In this document: one piece after another, positions 1 through 10,179 of the stretch | Layout of the letters: each line of letters begins with the position of its first letter | Numbering within the stretch: position 1 is the stretch's first letter | Assembly: GCA_963786955.1 (NCBI GenBank) | Contig: CAWBAT010000002.1 | Span: forward strand, 96,001-160,000 | Direction: 5' to 3' | Length of the DNA: 64,000 nucleotides | From: an uncultured Acidimicrobiia bacterium | GTDB lineage: Bacteria; Acidobacteriota; Terriglobia; Versatilivoradales; Versatilivoraceae | Program-made: the position numbers and the translations under genes | Notes under the pieces: generated by a model | What the model saw: only the letters and a program-made list of their open reading frames with translations | Told to the model about the DNA's origin: nothing | Database searches by the model: none

Positions 1-258
1 ATGAGCCGGGACCAGAAAGAACTCGTCCGGAAGGTGCTGGCTGACCTACTATTACCCTTCCGAGAAAAGGATGCTAGCGAAGCCATGGCGGACATCGAGA
101 AGAATGGTGGCATTGACCACCTCACGATGTCTTTCTATAAGAATATGGATATCGGCAGCGATGGAATCTGGGATGTCTGGCAGTTAGAGAGCCCCTCGAT
201 GATCTGGTATTTCAGAGGCGCTCCCCATGTGCATGTATGGGTCAACGTTCAAGCCTGA
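1..258 (+). CDS. C-terminal part of a DUF3500-like protein (gene begins before the window)
   Basis: Open frame from the window edge, ending in WYFRGAPHVHVWVNV, resembling the H-x-H C-terminal motif of DUF3500 proteins. Confidence 0.6.
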   Translation: MSRDQKELVRKVLADLLLPFREKDASEAMADIEKNGGIDHLTMSFYKNMDIGSDGIWDVWQLESPSMIWYFRGAPHVHVWVNVQA

Positions 259-340
259 TTCGTGGGGACCATTGACACCAAAGAGAAATAGCCCCCCGAT
301 TGATCGCTGGCTGGCAGTGCGATTGATTTTCCGGGGAGCG

Positions 341-372
341 AGTGAAAATAGCCCAGCGATTTATGGCTGGGT
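341..372. repeat. REP-like palindrome upstream of the transposase (degenerate extra copy at ~286-313)
   Basis: agtgaaaatagcccagcgatttatggctgggt; near-perfect inverted copy at 929-960. Confidence 0.8.
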
Positions 373-433
373 GAGAATACATTTTATGTTAGGCCCGTCC
401 CATAGGGACGGCTGAGACACCGCGAACACCAGA

Positions 434-886
434 ATGTCACACACCTATACCAGTACTTTGATCCATTGCGTGTTCAGCACCAAAGAGAGACATAAAACAA
501 TAACTCCGGAAATAAAAGAACGCCTCTGGGCCTACATGGGCGGTGTTGCGCGCGAAAATAAAATTAAGGCACTGGCAATCGGCGGCATCGACGATCATGT
601 GCATCTGCTTCTGTCTCTTCCGGCAACGATGTCCGTTTCGAAAGCTATTCAACTGATAAAAGGCGGCTCATCAAAATGGGTTCACGAGACATTTGTGGAT
701 CGCAAGAGATTTGCATGGCAAGAAGGATACGGTGCCTTTAGTATCGGTATCTCACAAGTTGATGAAACAATCAGTTACATCCAATCTCAGCCTGTACACC
801 ATGGAAAGCGAAGCTCTCAGGACGAATACCGACAATTCTTGGAAAAACACGGAATCGAATACGATGAACGCTACGTTTGGGGCTGA
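434..886 (+). mobile_element. tnpA: IS200/IS605-family Y1 (HUH) transposase, REP-associated (RAYT-like)
   Basis: HCVFSTK, HUH motif DHVHLL, FAWQEGYGAFS, catalytic Tyr in YIQSQ..HH; 150 aa; flanked by inverted REP-like hairpins. Confidence 0.9.
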
Positions 887-928
887 ATCATGCGTGCCTA
901 CGGCACTGGGCAACTTGCGCTCATCCTG

Positions 929-960
929 ACCCAGCGATAAATCGCTGGGCTATTTTCGCT
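929..960. repeat. REP-like palindrome downstream of the transposase
   Basis: acccagcgataaatcgctgggctattttcgct is the reverse complement of 341-372 with 2 mismatches; further hairpins at 961-975 (ggctccttcggagcc) and ~994-1021. Confidence 0.8.
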
Positions 961-1143
961 GGCTCCTTCGGAGCCACGTGGAGTTTGGACAATTTGGAGT
1001 GCGGTAGCCTGCTACCGCTTTCTGGATCATAGTCGACCCATCGAAGCGCCAGCTTGCTGCCACATATCGTCAATACCAAGTGTGATCGAGGTTCCGACCC
1101 TAGGTCTACTTGACAGGGAAATCGTCCCTTTGGAGAACATTGC

Positions 1144-1733
1144 ATGAAACACAAACTGTCACGTCGGTTTTTTCTGAAGTCTAGCTGGAAAGTTCATTGG
1201 CGCTTGGAACTCTTTCAATGGCGGCACTTGTTGCCTCTGCTCCGATTACAATTGTAACGCCGCAAGGACTTCCTTCCTCGAGTATCGATCCAAGGCTGAA
1301 AGACCTGCTGCGCGCTGCCATGGATACCATAATCCCCGCCACCGAAGGGATGCCTTCCGCCAGTGCGGTAGGCGGAGTCGGTTATCTTGAACAACTCGCT
1401 CAGTCTGACCCATTAATCAGAAGTAAGTTGGAGCAGAGCTTGAAAGCCTTGGACGAAGTCAGTCTCAAATTTTTGAAGTCCGGATTTTCTTCTCTTCCGC
1501 AAAGTCAAAGAATTGAAGCTCTCAAGCGACTGGAGAGTCAATCGCCTCTTGACCTTTTTGCCGATTTGCGAGATTACGTTTACGAGTCGTATTACACCCA
1601 ACCGCAGGTCTGGAAATTGATTGGCTACGAATTTTACCCCACCAATCATCAGGGGCCTCACATGAAGCCTTTCGATGCGACCGCGCTCACACAGGTCAAA
1701 AAGATGGGAAAACTGTATCGGGAGGTCTCCTGA
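1144..1733 (+). CDS. Gluconate 2-dehydrogenase subunit 3-like (GMC small subunit); Tat signal separated from the body by an apparent 1-nt frameshift near 1190
   Basis: ORF 1197-1733 has DTIIP..MPSA..GG..Y and YYTQPQVWKLIGY motifs; upstream ATG 1144 encodes MKHKLSRRFFLKS in another frame; stop overlaps the GMC start. Confidence 0.75.
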
Positions 1734-3340
1734 TGTCGAATACTCTCGTGGATGTCTTGGTCATTGGTTCAGGACCGGCCGGAGCTGCTGTGACCAAACG
1801 GCTTACTGACTTGGGTGCCAAAGTCAAATGTCTCGAACAAGGCGACTGGATCAAACCTGCGGAATATCCGACGACGCGAGAGAATTGGGAGATTCAAGAG
1901 CGTCGGGGTCCCTTCAACTTTAGCCCAAATGTCCGCAAACGGCCGGAAGATTATCCGGTAATCGGTGCGGGACGGAATCCTCCCAATGTCCTGATGTTTA
2001 ATGCGGTCGGAGGCAGCAGTATTCATTGGACAGGTCATTTCCCTCGTTTTCACCCTTCCGATTTCCGCGTTCGAACACTCGATGGTGTTGCCGATGATTG
2101 GCCCATAAGCTATCAGGACCTTGAACGCTATTACGACATGAATGACCGGGAGATGGGTGTCGCTGGCTTGGCCGGAGATCCGGCCAACCCGCCTCGGGCC
2201 AAGCGGCCGACTGGGCCACTGCCGTTGGGAGTTCTTGGAGAAATTATTGGACGTGGATTCGATAAGTTGGGCTGGCACTGGTGGGTTTCAGACAATGCGA
2301 TTATCTCTCAGGACTACGATGGCCGGCCCGCTTGCGACCTTCATGGAAAGTGCATGTATGGGTGTGCCATCGGTTCGAAGGCCAGCACGGATGTGACCTA
2401 CTGGCCGAAGGCCCTGAAGAAAGGGGCCATACTTGAAACTCGCGCCCGAGTACGGGAAATTACAGTTGATTCAGGGGGAAAAGTTCGCGGCGCCATCTAT
2501 TTTGATCGACACGGGAATCTGGTTGAACAGCAGGCACGCGTTGTCGTTGTTTGCGGAAATGGTGTCGGCACACCGCGTATCCTTTTAAACTCGAAATCAA
2601 AATATTTCCCCCACGGCCTTGCAAACTCAAACGGAATGGTAGGCAAATGTTTCATGGTCCACCCCTTTCGCTTTGTGGAAGGGATCTTCGAAGAACGCAC
2701 CAATTCATATGATGGGCCTTTTGGAATCCCGGCCTTTAGCCAGCAATTCTATGAGACTGATCTAAACCGGGGATTCGTTCGTGGCTATATGCTCATGCTG
2801 GAACGCAGTTTTGGGCCGTTGCATCACGCTTTGGGAAGCTTTGTGGACAAACCGATTCCATGGGGAGCGGAGCATCACAAGGCCATGCGACGGAGATTTC
2901 CACATGTGATTCGCATTACTCCATTGGGCGAAGACCTACCCGATGAAAACAACCGGGTTGAACTGGATCCCAGTGTGAAAGATTCCAGCGGGATTCCCGC
3001 AGCACGAGTCTCCTATGCATACAGCGAAAACAGCTTGAAGATGCTGGAACATAGTCTCATCACAGCGCGACAGGCTTTGGAGGCAGCCGGTGCCATAGAG
3101 ATCCTCGACAGCGGGATTATCACTCCAGCTTTCCATCTCTTGGGAACTGCCAGAATGGGAAACGACCCCAGGAAATCTGTCGTCAATGCCTGGCATCAGG
3201 CCCATGAGGTCAGCAATCTTTTTATCGTTGATGGGAGTTCATTCACAACGAGTGCTGCCGTAAATCCCACCTCCACCATTGGCGCCCTGGCTCTCCGCTG
3301 TGCAGATGGAATTTGGGAAAAGCGGCGGGAATGGAGCTAG
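1733..3340 (+). CDS. GMC-family FAD oxidoreductase (sugar dehydrogenase large-subunit type)
   Basis: GSGPAG Rossmann motif, VGGSSIHW, Cys cluster CDLHGKCMYGC, HLLGTARMG, NPTSTI. Confidence 0.92.
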   Translation: MSNTLVDVLVIGSGPAGAAVTKRLTDLGAKVKCLEQGDWIKPAEYPTTRENWEIQERRGPFNFSPNVRKRPEDYPVIGAGRNPPNVLMFNAVGGSSIHWTGHFPRFHPSDFRVRTLDGVADDWPISYQDLERYYDMNDREMGVAGLAGDPANPPRAKRPTGPLPLGVLGEIIGRGFDKLGWHWWVSDNAIISQDYDGRPACDLHGKCMYGCAIGSKASTDVTYWPKALKKGAILETRARVREITVDSGGKVRGAIYFDRHGNLVEQQARVVVVCGNGVGTPRILLNSKSKYFPHGLANSNGMVGKCFMVHPFRFVEGIFEERTNSYDGPFGIPAFSQQFYETDLNRGFVRGYMLMLERSFGPLHHALGSFVDKPIPWGAEHHKAMRRRFPHVIRITPLGEDLPDENNRVELDPSVKDSSGIPAARVSYAYSENSLKMLEHSLITARQALEAAGAIEILDSGIITPAFHLLGTARMGNDPRKSVVNAWHQAHEVSNLFIVDGSSFTTSAAVNPTSTIGALALRCADGIWEKRREWS

Positions 3341-3712
3341 CTAGTCCTCTATACTAAAGTACAGATAATCGATCCCCTTCCCTCTAAACTTGGCATCTTG
3401 AGCTTGAGGTTTGGGCTTTCCTGTGCGAACAACTTCCCCTAGCCTGATCTTGCTCCAAAGAGCTTAGCACTCACCGCAACTAATTCCCGCGACCAAGAAC
3501 ACCTTAACAAACTATTTTCACCTTTTTCCTCGATAACCTTTCTCTAATTCCACAAGCGACGCCACTAACTTCCGACTCTTCATTTCAAATGTAAGTGGAT
3601 ACTTTTGTTAATGTTAGGGAAGTTTGCTGACGATGCATACAGTGGGTTTCGATTGAAACCCATTTCATTGCCGTATTTGTGTTGAAGGTTCTCGAACGGG
3701 GGAGAAGAACTT

Positions 3713-4930
3713 TTGCTGCGCAAGATACGCCTTTTGCCATTACTCATTATTTATCTCTGCCTTTTATTGTCGAGCGGGAATGCTGAACCAGTGTTTAAGC
3801 GGGCCCGTGACCTCGCCTCTTCAGGTAAGCGCAACGAAGCGCTGAAACTGCTGAAGGCGCAATTGGAAGAATACCCTGATGATGGGGATGCGCGCGTCAT
3901 TTACGGGATCGTTCTCTCCTGGGAGGGCAAATACGACGAATCCCGCAAGCAGTTAAATCTGCTTCTTTCAAAAAATCCCAATAACGGAGATGCTCTTCCC
4001 GCACTGATCAACGTCGAGCTCTGGTCCGACCATGCAGATCGGGCCGCCGCGCTGGCGGCACAAGGTTTGCAAGACAATCCTAATAACACCACTTTGCTGA
4101 TGGCCCAGGCCAAAGCTCTCAAAAACCTCGATAAGTATTCGGAAGCCATTCACAGTTTGAACCGGCTGCTGGATCAGGAACCCCATAATACAGCCGCTCT
4201 CAATCTCCGCAAGGCCTTACAGGTGATGTCCCGGACATGGGAAACAAGTATCGGACAATCCTATGAGTGGCTGAATGACGGGAATCCTACCTGGATTGAA
4301 ACGGCAGCGACGATCAAGTACCGGTCCCCGGTCGGCTCCATTCTGGGGCGATTTTCGCGGGCCGATCGGTTTTCATTTAGTAGCAACCAAATGGAACTCG
4401 ACTTCTATCCGAGAATCCGCCCCGGCACTTATGCCTATATCAATGTCGGTTATTCTCCGGATGGCGTTCTCTATCCGCAGTATCGCTTTGGGACAGATCT
4501 CTACCAGAGCCTCCCCCGCGGATGGGAAGGTTCGGCCGGTTACCGCCGCCTCGGCTTTCGTGAAGCCGTGAACATTTATACCTTCTCCCTGGGTAAATAT
4601 TGCGGCAAATGGCTCTTCAGTGCGCGAACCTACCTCACCCCGGATTTGCTGGGCACTTCGCATTCGGTTAGTTTTTCCGGTCGGCGCTATTTTGACGATG
4701 GCACTGATTATATTGGTTTCCGGATTGGTACAGGCGCATCACCTGTCGAGGCTCGTAACGTCTACGACGTGATCACATTGAATGCGCTCGGCGCCTACGG
4801 GGAATTCAACCGTACATTAGCCACCCGGTGGACGATCAATGTGCGAGGCGGATACAGTAGCGAAGACCGTCTGAATCGTAATGTCCTGAAGCGCGCCATG
4901 CTCGACACAACCCTCTACTATAGATTCTAG
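3713..4930 (+). CDS. YaiO-family outer-membrane beta-barrel protein with N-terminal TPRs
   Basis: Signal peptide, TPR-like helices (LSWEGKYDES), then DFYPRIRPGTYAYINVGYS..YPQYRFG barrel strands; C-terminal YRF. Confidence 0.8.
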   Translation: MLRKIRLLPLLIIYLCLLLSSGNAEPVFKRARDLASSGKRNEALKLLKAQLEEYPDDGDARVIYGIVLSWEGKYDESRKQLNLLLSKNPNNGDALPALINVELWSDHADRAAALAAQGLQDNPNNTTLLMAQAKALKNLDKYSEAIHSLNRLLDQEPHNTAALNLRKALQVMSRTWETSIGQSYEWLNDGNPTWIETAATIKYRSPVGSILGRFSRADRFSFSSNQMELDFYPRIRPGTYAYINVGYSPDGVLYPQYRFGTDLYQSLPRGWEGSAGYRRLGFREAVNIYTFSLGKYCGKWLFSARTYLTPDLLGTSHSVSFSGRRYFDDGTDYIGFRIGTGASPVEARNVYDVITLNALGAYGEFNRTLATRWTINVRGGYSSEDRLNRNVLKRAMLDTTLYYRF

Positions 4931-4935
4931 TCATT

Positions 4936-5835
4936 ATGCTCAAGTCCATCTTGCTTCGCATTCTAGCCCCGGCGTTGGCGCTCTGTATCTACTACTCTGT
5001 TCTTTATGGGAGTTCTACAGGATTCAAAATATTCTCCCCAGAGCCTCAGGCAACAATGCTTACTGAAGATGCCTCTCGTAAACTTTTGAAATCAATCGAA
5101 GAGTTACACCGGCAAGGTCAGTCTGAGAAGGCATTGCAACTCTTGTCAGAACTCCGCGCCGTTTACCCTCAAAATCACATTTATATCCGGCAAACGGCGG
5201 ACCTCTACCACCAATTAGGCCGCTACAAAGATGAAGCTGCGGCTTGGGAGGATTTCATGAAAGTGGCTCCCTTGCCCGTGGAAGGTTGCCCGCAAATAGG
5301 AATTGCTTATCAAAAGAGTGGCCAGGCCGAGCAGTCGATCTTGGCGTTCCATCGTTGTGTAGGCACTGATTCCCAAAACTTAGATTTCGCATTTTACCTC
5401 GCGCATGCGTATGAGCTGACACGGCAATTAGATAAAGCGGCGGAGATCTACCAGGAAGCCATCTTAAAGGACGGTGGAAATATGGATCTGCGGGTGGGAC
5501 TTGCTCGCGTGCGCATGCATCAGTCGAAAAATTCACAAGCCATCGAGATGGCAGCGGCAGTACTCAAACAGTCGCCCGAAAATGTCGACGCCATGCTGGT
5601 GATGGGACTTTCCCTCTGGCGTCAAGGCGATCTTTCACAAGCCAGAAAATATCTTGAAAAAGGAATCGTATTAGCAAGCCAATACACCGATTTCTATGTG
5701 GCTCTCGGACAGATATCAGAGCAAGAGCATCAGAATGCGAAAGCCAAAGAAGCCTATGTCCAGGCATTAAAGTTGGAACCCAACAATCATGAAATCGCGC
5801 AGAAGTTGCAGGCACTCCAGGGTGGTGTCCATTGA
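4936..5835 (+). CDS. Membrane-anchored TPR-repeat protein
   Basis: N-terminal hydrophobic segment followed by multiple TPR-like repeats (YVQALKLEPNN). Confidence 0.8.
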   Translation: MLKSILLRILAPALALCIYYSVLYGSSTGFKIFSPEPQATMLTEDASRKLLKSIEELHRQGQSEKALQLLSELRAVYPQNHIYIRQTADLYHQLGRYKDEAAAWEDFMKVAPLPVEGCPQIGIAYQKSGQAEQSILAFHRCVGTDSQNLDFAFYLAHAYELTRQLDKAAEIYQEAILKDGGNMDLRVGLARVRMHQSKNSQAIEMAAAVLKQSPENVDAMLVMGLSLWRQGDLSQARKYLEKGIVLASQYTDFYVALGQISEQEHQNAKAKEAYVQALKLEPNNHEIAQKLQALQGGVH

Positions 5836-8348
5836 GATTGAGCCGCTATTTGTTTCTCCCGGTCAGAGTCCTGTTTTGCTTGGTCACCCTTCTATCCTCA
5901 TTGTTCAGTCTGATGGCCTTCATTCCTTTCACTTATGAGCAAGTTCATAAGGGGGGTGCGATCGAAGCCTATCTGGTGTTTGTCCGATTCCAACCGTACG
6001 CTCACTTGTTCATCCTGACTCTGTTGGCCTTTACCCTGCACGACGAGTTATTGCATCCGCGGACCAAGCTTTTGACCTGGGGGTTCCTGCTCGGAGAAGC
6101 ATGCTTCGGGGTGATTGGTTTATTCTATCCCGTCTTGAAGCATCTCCCGAATAACCGATTGAGTTTCGTGTTCAGCTTATTTTTATTATCCCCTTTGCTG
6201 GTACTCTTTGCGATCGACTGGTTAGCTCGAGCGAATACACTCCGCTGGGGCAAGTCACAAGAAATCCATTCCACCCGTTTTTTCTGGGCTGCCGCTAGCG
6301 CGGCGCTATTTATCTCAGTCCTTTATGGAGGTCTGTGCTATACGCATCAGGAAGCGCCCCGTGGGGAGGCCCTTCTCCACAATGGTTGGGGGATCGCCGT
6401 GGGGTGGAGCATGGTTTCGCACCTCATCCTTTTTATGGGCTTTTTTGTGCTCTTTAATCTCGTGAACGGCTTTGCGGGAATTTTTTCGAAGGGTGCCAAG
6501 ATTGAGTTTTTCGTTTCCAATAGCTTAATCGGTTGTGGTGCCTACCTGTTACTTCATGGAGTGGCTTTTCCACCAATCGGTTTTTATGGGTGGCCCGCCG
6601 ACACCTATGCCGTTGTACTTTCCCTCGCCCTCGTTGGAACATTGGCCGGCACTTCTCTTCGTCTCCAGACTGAAGGAACAGAAACCATCATTGACGACGG
6701 GATCGGGCTTTCACTGCGCCTGTTTGGGATAGGCAGGCACAGTTCCCTACTGCTCAATCTCACGCTCCTCGCGGCGGTCACAACGTTTTTCGTTATCTTG
6801 ATTACACGAGTCGCTGCGTACGATTGGAATTTTCTAGCCCAAAAATTACTCGCCAGCTTCATGTGGATCTTTACGCTGGGCTGTTTCTATTCCATGACTA
6901 AGGTTTCCCGCCCCTCCAAGTCCGCACGGATGCTTGCGGCTGTAATTCTGATTTTGATTACTTATAAGACACTGGAGGCATCCACTTCGCGATGGTGGAG
7001 ATTATTGGATGGGGGTTTCAAAGATCCACGGGCTACTCTGGAAAGTTACTCGAAATTTGATACCTCCTTTCAGCTGACTCAACGAATCTTGTCTCCGCCT
7101 GATAAGGGGAATGACTCCTTTTTTCAATTTTTGACCCAAAACACGAACATTCCTCGCTCCGTCCAACTGAAGCCAGTCGACATCAAGCTGGTCGAGAACT
7201 TTCAACTGACCCCAGTCACCCGGCCCCATGTTTTCATTTTCGTCATTGACAGCCTTCGCCGGGACTACCTTTCGCCTTACAACCAGGCAGTCCAATTCAC
7301 GCCTTCCATACAAAGTTTTGCAGCCGAAAGCGTTGTCTTTGAAAACACCTTCACGCGCTACGGAGGAACGGGGCTTTCGGAACCCTCGATTTGGGTGGGC
7401 GGGATGCTTGTTCATCAGCAATATGTGACGCCGTTCGCCCCGATGAACTCGTTGCAGAAATTGCTTCAAGCGGAAAGCTATGACTGCTTCGTCAGCCGCG
7501 ACAGCATTCTCGAAACAATCCTTTCCCCTTGGCCGGCCCTCTCGGAGTTAGACAAGGGCACATCGACGCTGCGATTAGATCTATGCAAGACTCTCGACGA
7601 GCTGAAGAAAAACATTGGCGAACAGAAAACTTCGGGAAAACCACTATTTGCCTATACGCAGCCGCAAAACATTCATATCTCCGTCATCAATCGCGAAGGA
7701 AAAAGTGTACTGGATAAAGGTCCGTATGATGGGTTTTATGCCCCCTATGCCTCCCGTTTAAGGAGAATCGACCGCTGTTTCGGTGAATTTATTGACTTCC
7801 TGAAGAAGGCAGGGATGTATGAGCAAAGCATCATCATTTTGACGGCCGACCATGGAGAATCTCTCGGTGAAGACGGGCGTTGGGGGCACGCCTACACGAT
7901 CTTTCCAGAAGTGCTCAAGATTCCGCTCATCATGCATCTGCCCGGTGCGCTGCAAACTCAAGTCAGTGCAAATCCCAAAGCAGTCTCTTTCTCGACCGAC
8001 ATTACTCCAACCCTCTATTCCCTACTGGGACAGAAACCACTCATTTCGGGTGAGCTATTTGGACATCCATTGTTCAAATGGGTGTCTTCCGGGCCCGATC
8101 AGCCAAAACCCACAGACCATCTGGTCGTGTCAAGTTACGGCGCCGTTTACGGAGTGTTGAATGGTCAAGGAAATCAACTCTACATCGCGGACGCAGTGAA
8201 CTACCGAAATTATCTCTATGATCTGTCGCAGCAATCGTTGGGCGTTTCCATACCTGTTCCCGATTCAGTCCGAGAACGCAATGAGCGGATCATCCGGGAG
8301 CAGATCTCTGCCATAGGAAACTTTTATGGCTACGCCTCGGGTTTGTAA
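5832..8348 (+). CDS. Polytopic membrane protein with C-terminal alkaline-phosphatase/sulfatase-superfamily domain (LtaS/MdoB-like phosphoester transferase)
   Basis: About 11 hydrophobic segments; IDSLRRD, GGTGLSE (Thr at the nucleophile position instead of C/S-x-P-x-R), TADHGE..GH. Confidence 0.75.
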   Translation: MRLSRYLFLPVRVLFCLVTLLSSLFSLMAFIPFTYEQVHKGGAIEAYLVFVRFQPYAHLFILTLLAFTLHDELLHPRTKLLTWGFLLGEACFGVIGLFYPVLKHLPNNRLSFVFSLFLLSPLLVLFAIDWLARANTLRWGKSQEIHSTRFFWAAASAALFISVLYGGLCYTHQEAPRGEALLHNGWGIAVGWSMVSHLILFMGFFVLFNLVNGFAGIFSKGAKIEFFVSNSLIGCGAYLLLHGVAFPPIGFYGWPADTYAVVLSLALVGTLAGTSLRLQTEGTETIIDDGIGLSLRLFGIGRHSSLLLNLTLLAAVTTFFVILITRVAAYDWNFLAQKLLASFMWIFTLGCFYSMTKVSRPSKSARMLAAVILILITYKTLEASTSRWWRLLDGGFKDPRATLESYSKFDTSFQLTQRILSPPDKGNDSFFQFLTQNTNIPRSVQLKPVDIKLVENFQLTPVTRPHVFIFVIDSLRRDYLSPYNQAVQFTPSIQSFAAESVVFENTFTRYGGTGLSEPSIWVGGMLVHQQYVTPFAPMNSLQKLLQAESYDCFVSRDSILETILSPWPALSELDKGTSTLRLDLCKTLDELKKNIGEQKTSGKPLFAYTQPQNIHISVINREGKSVLDKGPYDGFYAPYASRLRRIDRCFGEFIDFLKKAGMYEQSIIILTADHGESLGEDGRWGHAYTIFPEVLKIPLIMHLPGALQTQVSANPKAVSFSTDITPTLYSLLGQKPLISGELFGHPLFKWVSSGPDQPKPTDHLVVSSYGAVYGVLNGQGNQLYIADAVNYRNYLYDLSQQSLGVSIPVPDSVRERNERIIREQISAIGNFYGYASGL

Positions 8349-8404
8349 TGGGGCGACCGATCACGCATGTAAAAGCAAAGACATAATTCCTAACCGGTGC
8401 ATCT

Positions 8405-10057
8405 ATGCAAACTAATCCGCTTTTGCCTGCCTCCGCTTTACAACCAGCCGTCACCCGAGCATCAGAACCGGCATCAAAGGCTTTGCGAATCCTACTGGCA
8501 GAAGAAGTCTCCGTAAACCTCCGGATTGCGGTTCAAATCCTAAAGAACCTCGGACACCATGTGACCGCTTTCCCTACAGCAAAAGAGGCCACCCGTGTAA
8601 TGGGAGATTCCTGTTTTGATCTTGTAATTCTGGGCTGTCATGAATCCGATGCAGAGGCCTATGAGGCGGCGCTTAGTATCCGCAGGAACGAATCGAAGGG
8701 CAAACACATGCCGATCATTGCTTTGACGGCAAACACACTCCAGTGCGACCGAAAAAAAAGAGAAGCTGCTTCGTTCGATGACTATATTGCCATCCCCATC
8801 GACCCTCAATCCATGGCTGCCGTGATTAATCGCTGGGACCGGAAGTCCGTTAGACCTTCCAACTTCAAACTCAGCGCGGTGGACCGAAATATAATCAAAA
8901 GTATTCAGAGTATTGCCAGGGATGACAGTTTAGACCTGTTGAATGAGTTGATTGAACTTTTCCTGAGCAGCTCTCTGAAGCAGATAAGGGAAATGGAACT
9001 TGCGTTGGAAGTGGCGGACCCATCAAAGCTCTATCGGCCCGCTCATGGCCTAAAAGGAAGCAGCGGACAGATGGGTGCCGTGCGAATGCAACAAATCTGT
9101 GGTTCCCTGGAAGCATTAGGTAGGGCCGGCACCCTAAAAGGAGTGGCCGCGTTGATCGAAGAACTTAAGGCCGAAATGGAACGAGTCCGGCAGGATCTGC
9201 TACACATCCAGATGGAGAAGCCAGAGGATCGCACTGAAGAACCCGATGTTGTGGCTTTAACTCCGGGCTCAGATCTGATGGCGATGGCTCCAGCATTCAA
9301 GGGAAAACGGATCCTGGCGATGGATCTCTACCCGGGAATCTTGTCCCAGCTAAAATCAATACTCAATATTTTTGAGTGCGAGCTGGGAATCATTGAGCCT
9401 TCATTGCTTTCTGAAAAAGGATGGGCCGCACAGGCGAGTCTGCTGCTCGTGGGAGCCAAAATCGGAAATACGACTGCTCTCGAGCAGTGTATGAATTGGC
9501 GAGAAAAAAGGGAAGATATCCCGGTCATTGTCGTCACGGGCGCTTTAGATCCAAGAATGTTCAGTTGTATTGAAGCATTGGAAGCCGATTTCGTATTGGA
9601 GCCGTTCCGAGTGGATGATCTTTTACTTCGCGCCCATCACAAATTGACCATTCCCTCCGCTGGCATTATTAAGAAGACCCAAAGCGCAACGAGTGAAATC
9701 TTAATTGTGGAGAATGACCCGTTCGTCGCGAAGTTTCTTTCAAATGCATTAAAGGAGGCAGGTTATCACGTGACCACCACTGAAGATGGTGAGTCTACAA
9801 TCGCTGCACTCCATCAAAACGATTATCAATTGGTGGTCCTCGATATCGCGATGCCAAAGATTGATGGATTGGCGGTTCTCGCCGAAATGCGTAAGCAAAA
9901 CAAATACTCGAAAATCCCAGTCCTCATGCTTACCTCCCGGGTTCATGAACAGGATGTGGTACGGGCATTTGAACTGGGGGTGGATGACTATGTCACCAAA
10001 CCATTTAATCCGCTTGAAATTGTCTCAAGAGTTCGCAGGTTGCTGAAACAACCCTAG
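8405..10057 (+). CDS. Multidomain response regulator: pseudo-REC / HPt / pseudo-REC / REC
   Basis: HPt motif AHGLKGSS; last REC intact (VLDIAMP, MLTS, KPF); the first two RECs lack the phospho-Asp. Confidence 0.85.
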   Translation: MQTNPLLPASALQPAVTRASEPASKALRILLAEEVSVNLRIAVQILKNLGHHVTAFPTAKEATRVMGDSCFDLVILGCHESDAEAYEAALSIRRNESKGKHMPIIALTANTLQCDRKKREAASFDDYIAIPIDPQSMAAVINRWDRKSVRPSNFKLSAVDRNIIKSIQSIARDDSLDLLNELIELFLSSSLKQIREMELALEVADPSKLYRPAHGLKGSSGQMGAVRMQQICGSLEALGRAGTLKGVAALIEELKAEMERVRQDLLHIQMEKPEDRTEEPDVVALTPGSDLMAMAPAFKGKRILAMDLYPGILSQLKSILNIFECELGIIEPSLLSEKGWAAQASLLLVGAKIGNTTALEQCMNWREKREDIPVIVVTGALDPRMFSCIEALEADFVLEPFRVDDLLLRAHHKLTIPSAGIIKKTQSATSEILIVENDPFVAKFLSNALKEAGYHVTTTEDGESTIAALHQNDYQLVVLDIAMPKIDGLAVLAEMRKQNKYSKIPVLMLTSRVHEQDVVRAFELGVDDYVTKPFNPLEIVSRVRRLLKQP

Positions 10058-10179
10058 CTCCTGTATCGCTCATTTTATTCTTAATATTGGACATGGTTTG
10101 CTGGATCTTTGCTCGTCCTTGCTACGCTCATTTTCATCCCCCAAAATCCAATCTGAGTTAGATCGCTTCGCGGGTGGGG

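Noticed and set aside
3341-3712. Riboswitch (e.g. c-di-GMP) upstream of the YaiO operon
   Set aside because: Only a simple hairpin (tgggtttcgattgaaaccca) is seen, with no recognisable aptamer consensus
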